Positions 57,018 through 64,000 of a stretch of DNA of 64,000 bases are shown in pieces. The stretch spans positions 320,214 through 384,213 of the forward strand of contig CAWDQV010000001.1 in the NCBI GenBank assembly GCA_963804565.1. The letters are read 5' to 3'. Within the stretch, counting starts at the first letter, position 1, and every line of letters starts with the position of its first letter. Under the pieces are notes generated by a model. That model saw nothing but the letters and a program-made list of their open reading frames with translations, made no database searches and had not been told where the DNA came from. Origin of the DNA: Candidatus Dormiibacterota bacterium (GTDB lineage: Bacteria; Chloroflexota; Dormibacteria; Aeolococcales; Bog-877). The translations under genes were made by a program, and so were the position numbers.

Positions 57018-57235
57018 TCCTGGAACCGCTGACGGCTCGCCATGCCCGCCGCGCCGAACGCCCGAAATGCCCCGGATGGCCGCTCAGCGGAACAGGTTGC
57101 TGACAGATTGTCCACAGCTGGGGATGGGGATACTGGGCACAACCCAGAGCTCTTCGATAAACCCACAAAAGTGCCAAGTTTTATAGCAGTAATGACCATT
57201 GACAGAGCCCGTTAATGAGTCTCTAATATCGCTCC

Positions 57236-57517
57236 GTGGCCCGCCCTCTCAACCCCCGTCCGGTGTCCTTGCGGGTCTGCGCCCGGGCGGGCTGCACCGA
57301 CCGGGTCAAGAAGCGGACCGCCAAGTACTGCAGCGTCCAGTGCTCCAGCCTGGACCCCGACCGTCGGGCGAGGCTGCGTGAGCGGGCCCGCTCTGGGCAG
57401 GTCCTCCCTTTGGCGCGCCAGCTCCGACTCGACTTCGAGAGCGAGGAGATGGGGCTGGCGCTGCTGGACAACCGGCGGGAGGAGATTCCTCTCGGTCTCT
57501 CGCGCTGGGCGGTCTGA
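57236..57517 (+). CDS. Small basic protein with FCS/YacG-like four-Cys motif
   Basis: 93 aa. VCARAGC..(11)..KYCSVQC. No family verified. Confidence 0.45.
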   Translation: MARPLNPRPVSLRVCARAGCTDRVKKRTAKYCSVQCSSLDPDRRARLRERARSGQVLPLARQLRLDFESEEMGLALLDNRREEIPLGLSRWAV

Positions 57518-57527
57518 CTAGCTTTCG

Positions 57528-57710
57528 CTAGCGACGGGCGGAGCCGGCCTCGACCGAGGCTGCAGCGGTCAGAATGTCAGCTTCGGTGACGGTCACCAGA
57601 AGGCTCAACTCGCAGCGGTGGCAGACGATGTGGAAAGTGGTCGGCTCAGGAATCGCCCGGGCCACCTCCTGCCTGAGGCCGCAGCTTTCGCACGTGACGA
57701 CGGCTCGCAT
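57528..57710 (-). CDS. Small zinc-ribbon protein
   Basis: 60 aa. TCESCG..(20)..VCHRCE, i.e. CxxC..CxxC. Confidence 0.45.
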   Translation of the reverse strand: MRAVVTCESCGLRQEVARAIPEPTTFHIVCHRCELSLLVTVTEADILTAAASVEAGSARR

Positions 57711-57772
57711 GATTCCATTTAGCTCGCCGGGATCGTGAGCGGATACCGTCGCCAGCGGAATTCGACATCCCG

Positions 57773-59125
57773 CTACGCGCCCGTAACCGGCTTCATCGGT
57801 TCCTCTGGCACTGCCCCCCAGTCCCGCCGCCAGCCGAGAAATCCGGTCACGATCAAGGCCAGGCCCAGACCTCCCACCACGTCGCTCGCCCCGACCACGT
57901 CGGCTATCGCTCCGGCCGCCAGCAGGGGCACGGCGATGGCCAGATTGATCGCCAGAAAGGCGCCGCCGAAGATCTTCCCCCTGGTCGCCTCCTCCGTCTC
58001 CTCCTGGATCAGCACCAGGCAGGGGATCAGAACCGCCCCCAGGCCGAGTCCGAAGCCCACCGCCAGGGTGATCGCCAACGGGACCAGGGCTCCCACGAAA
58101 TGAACTCGATCCAGGATCGGGGGCAGGACGCCTAGCACCACCATTGCCGCACCCGCCAGTACCAGGCCCCCAACCACCGTCGCCGGACCCGGGCCCCGGG
58201 CCCCAGCCCGCCGGCTCACCACCGTTCCCGCCACCACCATCCCCACCGTCGCCGGGATCAGGAGGATGTAGCTGTCGTGGGGGCTGCGCAGCAGAACATG
58301 CTGCATGTAGCCCGCGGAGAGGGCGAAGATCGTAAACACGATGGCCAGTGCCAGAGTCAGCATGGCAAAGGCGAAGGGCAGCACCCGACTGGCCCGCACG
58401 ACTTCCCAGGTATCTAGGATCTCCTTCCAGGTACTGCTCCAGGGCGACCGAATAGCAGGTCCTCCGGAGGCTGCTGGGGCGGCCAGCTTGGGCCGGATCA
58501 GCCAGATGGCGCCCGCTGCCACCGCGAACAGTCCCGCCCCGAAGTAGTAGGGACCCTCCAGTCCCAGCAGCCCTTGCGCGGCCGACGCCAGCGGGACCGA
58601 CAAGACGATGGTGACAACGATCGTGATGGTGAACAGCGAGGTCGCCGCAGCAAGGTCACGGCGCTTCACCAAACTCGGGATGCTGGCCGCCTCGGCCGGG
58701 GCGAAGAGCTGGCCCACCCCAGCGAAGATGAAGGTGATCACGTAGAGCGGAAGCACCTGGTGCTGGGCCACCCCCGTGATCTCCAGCGCGGGAACGCCCA
58801 GCACCATCAGCCCACGGGAGAGATTGGTCCAGATCATCAGGGTCTTCTTGTCGTAGCGGTCGGCGAAGATCCCGGCCGGTATCGACAGGAAGACCGCGGG
58901 GATGGTGTAGGCGAGCAGGAGCGCAGCGTCGCTGAGATAGAGGTGAGTCAGAGAGTAGATCGATAGGAGCAGCGAAAAGGCGAAGAACTTGTCACCCAGC
59001 TGGGCCGCGACCTGGGCCCCCCAGAGGAGCCGAAAGTCCCGGACCCGAAGGACTTCGCGGAAGCCAGTCGAATCGTTATCGACCACCGCCTCTGTGGAAG
59101 CTCCGGGCGGGGCCTCGACCGGCAT
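57773..59125 (-). CDS. MFS transporter
   Basis: From the internal MPVEAPPGAS..: 12-14 hydrophobic segments and the FADRYDKK loop motif. The longer ORF start overlaps rsmA. Confidence 0.85.
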   Translation of the reverse strand: MPVEAPPGASTEAVVDNDSTGFREVLRVRDFRLLWGAQVAAQLGDKFFAFSLLLSIYSLTHLYLSDAALLLAYTIPAVFLSIPAGIFADRYDKKTLMIWTNLSRGLMVLGVPALEITGVAQHQVLPLYVITFIFAGVGQLFAPAEAASIPSLVKRRDLAAATSLFTITIVVTIVLSVPLASAAQGLLGLEGPYYFGAGLFAVAAGAIWLIRPKLAAPAASGGPAIRSPWSSTWKEILDTWEVVRASRVLPFAFAMLTLALAIVFTIFALSAGYMQHVLLRSPHDSYILLIPATVGMVVAGTVVSRRAGARGPGPATVVGGLVLAGAAMVVLGVLPPILDRVHFVGALVPLAITLAVGFGLGLGAVLIPCLVLIQEETEEATRGKIFGGAFLAINLAIAVPLLAAGAIADVVGASDVVGGLGLALIVTGFLGWRRDWGAVPEEPMKPVTGA

Positions 59126-59156
59126 GGCGGCGAATATATCACCCGATCCGGTCCGT

Positions 59157-59984
59157 TTAGCTTCGAACGGCCGCCACCAACCGGCGCCACTCCTCCAGGT
59201 CCAGGCTGCCAGGTCGCCGGACCGGATCGATCTCGATTGAACGCAAAAGCGCCATCGCCTCACCCGGGGTACTCCCCATCGAAAGGGCCAACCCGTGATG
59301 CAGCTGCTTGCGCCTGGCCTGGAACATCGGGCGCGCCAGGCGGGCCAGCTGATCGCTCAGCTGTGGGTCCGCCTCAGGGCGTGGGCGAAGCGTGATCAGG
59401 CTGCTGTGCACCCGCGGCGATGGCCAGAAACTGGACGGCGGGACGTCGAACTCAATCTCCACATCGGCGATCACCCGTAGGACCAGCGTGGACAGGGACC
59501 AGTCTCCCCGGGCAGCCGCCAGACGGTGACCCACCTCGCGCTGGACGAGCAGATGGCAGACCACGGGCGGCGGGTCCCAGGCCAAGATCCAGGGTAGGAG
59601 TGCACCGGTGATTTGGTAAGGAAGGTTGCCGAGCACGGTGGGCGCCTCCAGCCCCAACTGACTGGGCACCACCCTCAGGATGTCGGCCTCCACCACCCTG
59701 AGTCCGGGATACCGGCTCCGCAGAAGTCCCAGGGCGGATACGCAGCGGGGGTCGAGCTCGACCCCGACAACCTTGACCTCGCGCTCCAAGAGGCCTTGGG
59801 TGAGAGCGCCTAGCCCTGGGCCGATCTCCAGCACCTCCTCAGCCGGCCCGGCGGTGGCGGCGATCGCGTCTCGGACTTGCCGGTCGACCAGGAAGTTCTG
59901 GCCCATCTCCCGACTAGGACTGATCCCGAAACGGCGAGCGACGGCGCGAGCGGTCCTCTGGGAGCACAGGTCGGGTACGCTCAA
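59157..59984 (-). CDS. rsmA: 16S rRNA (adenine1518/1519-N6)-dimethyltransferase
   Basis: TTG at 59984 overlaps the tatD stop (TTGA). ..MGQNFLVDRQV..VLEIGPGLGALT..NLPYQIT. Confidence 0.92.
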   Translation of the reverse strand: MSVPDLCSQRTARAVARRFGISPSREMGQNFLVDRQVRDAIAATAGPAEEVLEIGPGLGALTQGLLEREVKVVGVELDPRCVSALGLLRSRYPGLRVVEADILRVVPSQLGLEAPTVLGNLPYQITGALLPWILAWDPPPVVCHLLVQREVGHRLAAARGDWSLSTLVLRVIADVEIEFDVPPSSFWPSPRVHSSLITLRPRPEADPQLSDQLARLARPMFQARRKQLHHGLALSMGSTPGEAMALLRSIEIDPVRRPGSLDLEEWRRLVAAVRS

Positions 59985-60781
59985 GGGGCGGGCATCCCCA
60001 AGGCTCGCCTGGTGTTCTCGGTGGTGACCGCGGAGACCGACTCCAAGCAGTCGCCCCGAAGGACGGCCAGCCATTGGGCGGTGGTCCGGACCATGGCCGG
60101 CTGGCTTGTCTGGCCTCGGTCTGGCTCGGGTGCCAGAAACGGTGCGTCTGTCTCCACCAGGAGCAGCTCCGAGGGCACCGCACGGGCCGCCTGCTGCAGC
60201 TCCACCGCCGACTTGAACGTCAGGTTGCCCGCAAAAGAGCAGTAGAGCCCTCGATCAGCCGCCTCCCGGGCAAACGCCTCATCGCCACTGAAGCAGTGCA
60301 GGATCCCGGTAACCGGGGGACCAGCGTCCAGTACCTGTAGCAGATCGGCGTGAGCCTGGCGCTGGTGAATCACCACGGGCTTCGACAGCTCGGCGGCGAG
60401 CTCCAGCATGTCGGCGAAGACCTTCCGCTGCAGCTCTTTGGGGGTCTCCAGATATCCGGGGCGAAAGAAGAAGTCGAGGCCGACTTCGCCCACCGCCACC
60501 GCCTTGGGGTGCGCCAGCAGTTCTCGCATCTCGGCTATCTCTTCACTTCTTGGGGGGAGCCGGTTCACCGGGTGCCAACCGACGGTGAAGTAGACCTCCG
60601 TAAAGGCCTCGGCCAGGGCGAGCGCAGCGCGACTCTGGGGCAGGTCATCGCCGCTCGTGACGATCTGCTCGACGCCAGCCGCCCGAGCCCGGTCCACCAC
60701 CTCTATGGCTGATAGCCCACGCCGCGAAACTTCATCCAGATGGCAGTGGGCATCGATCAGCACGACCGAGCGCTCAGCCAC
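59981..60781 (-). CDS. tatD: TatD-family metal-dependent hydrolase
   Basis: LIDAHCHLD.., VGEVGLD, VIHQRQAH, LLVETDAPFL. Confidence 0.9.
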   Translation of the reverse strand: MAERSVVLIDAHCHLDEVSRRGLSAIEVVDRARAAGVEQIVTSGDDLPQSRAALALAEAFTEVYFTVGWHPVNRLPPRSEEIAEMRELLAHPKAVAVGEVGLDFFFRPGYLETPKELQRKVFADMLELAAELSKPVVIHQRQAHADLLQVLDAGPPVTGILHCFSGDEAFAREAADRGLYCSFAGNLTFKSAVELQQAARAVPSELLLVETDAPFLAPEPDRGQTSQPAMVRTTAQWLAVLRGDCLESVSAVTTENTRRALGMPAP

Positions 60782-61463
60782 TTTGTGCCGCCCTCCTGCT
60801 GGGCGGGGCTTCCACGACGACTGTGCACTCGCCGCGGGGCGGATCTGCTCGGAACGTGCTGGCTAGATCGCCTGCGGTCCCCAGGTACCAGCTCTCATGG
60901 AGCTTGGAGATCTCCCGTGCGACGGCAACCCGACGCTGGCCCAGCACCTCGGCAGCCCACTCCAGCGTCGCCGCCAGTCGGTGGGGCGACTCGTGGAAAA
61001 CCAAAGCCCATTGGTCTGAGGCCTTCAGAAGGCTCTGCGCCCTGGACTTGGTCCGCGGCAGGAAGCCGAGGAAGAGGAAGCGATCCGCCCTCAGACCGCT
61101 GGCCGAGATGGCGGCCACCAGCGCCGACGGACCTGGTACTGCGACGACCTCGATGCCAGCCTCCCTTGCGGCCGCCACCAAGTGGCGACCCGGGTCGCTG
61201 ACGGTCGGGGTGCCGGCATCCGACACCAGCGCCACGTCACCGACCGCCAGCTGCTCCAGCACGAGCGGGATCCGGCGCTCCTCCTGGTCGCCCGGCAGGG
61301 AGATCAGGCGGGGCCTTGCCTGCAGCCCTCGCAGGAGAAGTCCGCTTCGCCGTGTGTCCTCTGCGACCACCGCGCTGACCTGACCCAGAATCTGGGCTGC
61401 TCTCGGTGATAGATCGGCCAGGTTGCCGATCGGCGTCGCCACCACGTAGAGGACCCCGGCCAA
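60774..61463 (-). CDS. rsmI: 16S rRNA (cytidine1402-2'-O)-methyltransferase
   Basis: GVLYVVATPIGNLADLSPRAAQILGQVSAVVAEDTRRSG..SDAGTPTVSDPG. Confidence 0.9.
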   Translation of the reverse strand: MAGVLYVVATPIGNLADLSPRAAQILGQVSAVVAEDTRRSGLLLRGLQARPRLISLPGDQEERRIPLVLEQLAVGDVALVSDAGTPTVSDPGRHLVAAAREAGIEVVAVPGPSALVAAISASGLRADRFLFLGFLPRTKSRAQSLLKASDQWALVFHESPHRLAATLEWAAEVLGQRRVAVAREISKLHESWYLGTAGDLASTFRADPPRGECTVVVEAPPSRRAAQSG

Positions 61464-61468
61464 CCCGC

Positions 61469-62290
61469 TCAGTGGCCCCAGTCGCGCGGGTAGCGAAAGT
61501 CCTGACCGATGCTTCGGCCGGAGAGTTTGGCGATAAGCGGTGGACGTCGCTTGAACTGGGAGCCGCGCACCCGCTCCCAGATGACCTGGACCAGCTCGGG
61601 GTCGAGGCCGAGCTCGGCCAGCTCATCCGGCCGCCGACGTTCGTCTATCAGGCGAAACAGGATGCGGTCCGCCTGCAGGTAGCTGAACCCCAGGTCCTCC
61701 TCATCCGACTGGCCGGCGAAGAGGTCGGCCGAAGGAGCCTTGTCGACGATCCGCTGGGGCATCCCGAGGTGTTGGGCCAGCTGGAACACCTGGGTCTTGT
61801 ATAGGTCTCCGAGCGGGTTGAGGGCGTGTGCCCCGTCGCCCCACAGGGTGCTGTAGCCGAGGAGCAGCTCCGACTTGTTGCTGGTGCCCAGCACCAGGGC
61901 TGCTTTGATCGCCGATAGGTCGTAGAGGATGCTCATCCGTTCCCTGGCCATCTTGTTGCCCCGCCTGGTCGGATCGGCGTCAGGGAATTTGGCGAAATAG
62001 GCGTCGATCTGGGGGCTGATCTCGATCACCGTGAGCTCGATCCCCAGCTGGTCCGCCACCAGCTGAGCGTCCTCCAGGCTGCTGGCGGTGCTCTCGCGGT
62101 AGGGCAGCGCCAGTCCGGTGACCGCCGCCTCGCCCAGGGCGGCGACCGCGAGGTGGGCCGAGACCGCCGAGTCGATCCCACCCGAGATACCGACCACGAC
62201 TCCCTTGGAGCCGACCTTGAGAACCTCGTCTCGAATGAACTCGGTCAAGATTCGCTTGACCAGATCGACGTTGATGGAAAGCTCAGTCAT
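61469..62290 (-). CDS. nadE: NAD+ synthetase, synthetase (N-type ATP pyrophosphatase) subunit
   Basis: ATG at 62290. ..VVVGISGGIDSAVSA (SGGxDS).., GTSNKSELLLGYSTLWGDG, ..SADL.. The 349-aa ORF start is a spurious extension. Confidence 0.9.
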   Translation of the reverse strand: MTELSINVDLVKRILTEFIRDEVLKVGSKGVVVGISGGIDSAVSAHLAVAALGEAAVTGLALPYRESTASSLEDAQLVADQLGIELTVIEISPQIDAYFAKFPDADPTRRGNKMARERMSILYDLSAIKAALVLGTSNKSELLLGYSTLWGDGAHALNPLGDLYKTQVFQLAQHLGMPQRIVDKAPSADLFAGQSDEEDLGFSYLQADRILFRLIDERRRPDELAELGLDPELVQVIWERVRGSQFKRRPPLIAKLSGRSIGQDFRYPRDWGH

Positions 62291-63155
62291 CGCCTTCGAG
62301 GCCGAGTTGACGCTGGACCACGTCGATCCTCTCGTCGCGGAGGAGCGGGAAGGCGATGCGGGCGCGGCGCAGATCGCCCCGGTCCAACTCGGCACGGAGT
62401 ACTCCCGGGGAGTCGTCCAGAGGACCCGCCAGCGAGCGCCCGTTGGGGCCGACCACTCGGCTGCCCCCCCAGAAATGAAAGCCGTCCTCGAAACCCACCC
62501 GGTTGCAGTAGACGGCAAATACGGTAAAGAGTTCGGAGTAGGTCCTCAGCATGGCGCCGTAGGAGGCTGCACTTCCCAGCTCGCCCTCACCACTGGCCAC
62601 TCCCCTGCCTGGGCTAGAGGATGGGCACAGCAGAAGGTCGACGCCTGCCCGGCTGAGCAGATACGGCGAGCTGGGGTGCCAGAGGTCTTCGCAGACGAGA
62701 ATGCCGATCCTCCAAGTGTCCCCTGCGCCGAGCGGCACTTCGACGACCTCGAACTGGTCGCCGGCCGCCAGGTGGCGCTGCTCGTCGAAGATCCCGTAGG
62801 TGGGCAGGTAGACCTTGCGATGCACCTGCCGGACGGCGCCGTCGGAGATCAGCACCGCCGCGTTGTAGAAGCTGAACTGGTCCGACTCAAGTACCACGCC
62901 GATCAACGAAGCCCCCCGGCCCGTCGCCCGGATCAGCTGATTCATCTCCGGTCCGTCCAGGGTGACCGCCGTCTCCGGTGTCAGATCCTTGAGGAAATAT
63001 CCCGTAAGTCCCAGCTCGGGGAAGATCACCAGGTCAGTCCCCTGCCCGACCTCGGCCGAGATCCGCTCGGCAGTCCAGTCGAGATTGGCCCGGAGGTCTC
63101 CCAACACCGGCTGGTGCTGGACCAGTGCGAGCCTCAGCCGGTTGGCAATTGGCAA
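62283..63155 (-). CDS. Carbon-nitrogen hydrolase (nitrilase-superfamily) protein, probable glutaminase partner of NadE
   Basis: LRLALVQHQPVLGDL..LVIFPELGLTGY..KVYLP..ILVCEDLWHP carries the E-K-C catalytic triad context. Its end overlaps the nadE start by 8 nt. Confidence 0.85.
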   Translation of the reverse strand: MPIANRLRLALVQHQPVLGDLRANLDWTAERISAEVGQGTDLVIFPELGLTGYFLKDLTPETAVTLDGPEMNQLIRATGRGASLIGVVLESDQFSFYNAAVLISDGAVRQVHRKVYLPTYGIFDEQRHLAAGDQFEVVEVPLGAGDTWRIGILVCEDLWHPSSPYLLSRAGVDLLLCPSSSPGRGVASGEGELGSAASYGAMLRTYSELFTVFAVYCNRVGFEDGFHFWGGSRVVGPNGRSLAGPLDDSPGVLRAELDRGDLRRARIAFPLLRDERIDVVQRQLGLEGDD

Positions 63156-63156
63156 G

Positions 63157-64000
63157 TCAGCCGACCACCGCGCTCGGCTTCTCGCCCCTCAGGAAGGCGC
63201 CCACCAGCGGGGCCAGCGCCTCGGGAGGCTCATATAGGAAACCCGCCTTGGGCAAAGCCCGCACGAACTCCTCTCCGTAGCGTCGCTCGAGGATCCGTGG
63301 ATCACAGATCACCACCGCCCCCCGGTCGCCCTGTCGCCTCACCAGCCGGCCGAACCCCTGCTTCAGTCGAAGGACTGCTTCCGGCAGGGAGAGCTGGCTG
63401 AAGGAGTCGGCACTGCCGCGTGCCCGCGCCTGGAAGATGGGATCGGTGGGGACTGGGAAAGGCAGCTTGTCGATGACCACACACTGGAGGGCATCCCCCG
63501 GCAGGTCAATCCCCTCCCAGAAGCTGTTGGTGCCCAAGAGGACCGTCCTTGGCTCCCTGCGGAAATTCCGCAGCACCTGGTTGCGAGTGCCATCCAGCCC
63601 CTGTCCGAGGACCGCTATGCCCTCGCCTTGGAGCAGCTGGCGAAGCTGCCCATGGACCTCCCGCAGGGCCTGGTACCCGGTGAACAGCACCATCGTCCGC
63701 CCGCCCAGCTCAACCGCCAAATCGGCTACAAGCTGGGCCACCACCCGGGCGTGTTGCGGATCGCCGTGACCCGGCATCCCCCGGGGTAGACAGCAGAGCG
63801 ACTGTTGCAGGTAGTCAAAGGGCGAGTCCAGCACCAGCTCGGCGGCGTCATCCAGGCCCAGGCGGCTTCGTATGTAGCGGAATGACCCGGCCACGGCCAT
63901 GGTCGCCGAAGTCAACACAACTGTCTCGCAGCGCTCGAAGAGATGCTCGTTGAGTGAGCTGGCGACCTCCGCTGGTGCGGTCCGGATCACTGCCCGGTCC
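63157..64000 (-). CDS. dinG: DinG/XPD-family ATP-dependent helicase, C-terminal part (gene runs off the window end)
   Basis: ..VVLTSATM..RTMVLFTGYQAL..VLLGTNSFWEGIDLPGDALQCVVIDKLPFP..GRLVRRQGDRGAVVICDPR. Confidence 0.8.
   Translation of the reverse strand, partial: DRAVIRTAPAEVASSLNEHLFERCETVVLTSATMAVAGSFRYIRSRLGLDDAAELVLDSPFDYLQQSLCCLPRGMPGHGDPQHARVVAQLVADLAVELGGRTMVLFTGYQALREVHGQLRQLLQGEGIAVLGQGLDGTRNQVLRNFRREPRTVLLGTNSFWEGIDLPGDALQCVVIDKLPFPVPTDPIFQARARGSADSFSQLSLPEAVLRLKQGFGRLVRRQGDRGAVVICDPRILERRYGEEFVRALPKAGFLYEPPEALAPLVGAFLRGEKPSAVVG

Noticed and set aside
57751-57786. Possible degenerate copy of the tRNA-Val 3' end (ccagcggaattcgacatcccgctacgcgccc versus ccaggttcgactcctggtgcgccca) that would bound a 0.75-kb islet
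   Set aside because: The alignment needs several gaps and gives roughly 20 of 28 matches. The region also overlaps the 3' end of the MFS coding sequence. The evidence is too weak to call.

Overview
High-GC bacterial chromosome segment, roughly 60-65% GC by eye. Gene content looks Terrabacteria-like (Actinomycetota/Chloroflexota type); I cannot place it further without a database search. Almost all genes are on the minus strand.

Core housekeeping blocks:
- 1-6.8 kb: rpoB 5' end, rplL, rplJ, rplA, rplK, nusG, secE, tRNA-Trp, rpmG.
- 27.5-64 kb: tRNA-Thr, tRNA-Tyr, csaA, a Psp envelope-stress cluster, ribF, truB, nrnA, rbfA, infB, ylxR, nusA, rimP, secDF, tgt, queA, ruvBAC, yebC, tyrS, mpg, a methyltransferase, pheTS, rplT, rpmI, infC, thrS, tRNA-Val, an MFS transporter, rsmA, tatD, rsmI, nadE plus a separate nitrilase-type subunit, and a dinG-like helicase fragment.

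Between the two blocks lies about 20.7 kb of accessory DNA (6.8-27.5 kb). It is rich in lipoproteins, secreted proteins and small stress or detox domains.

Main observations:
1. Four decaying copies of the 3' half of tRNA-Thr lie at 16.06, 17.60, 23.99 and 26.32 kb, all in the tRNA orientation. They cut the accessory block into modules and look like scars of serial integration at tRNA-Thr. No integrase survives in any module.
2. A 1.6-kb islet sits between tRNA-Trp and secE. It is bounded by a 37-nt partial tRNA-Trp repeat and carries a tyrosine-recombinase C-terminal remnant and a VOC/glyoxalase gene.
3. An orphan methyltransferase / kinase-like / coiled-coil protein with WbdD-like architecture occupies one module.
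4. The Psp cluster has two PspA paralogs flanking an htpX operon. One paralog apparently has a C-terminal extra domain and the other a hydrophobic N-terminus.

Caveat: many essential genes (rpoB, rplL, rplJ, rplA, rplK, nusA, htpX and others) have broken reading frames. The breaks are concentrated in the first 4 kb, while several 1.7-2.6 kb genes elsewhere are intact. I read this as assembly or consensus indels, not pseudogenes.

I saw no CRISPR array, rRNA gene, intact transposase or recognisable defence system. All calls rest on hand translation and remembered family signatures; nothing was searched.
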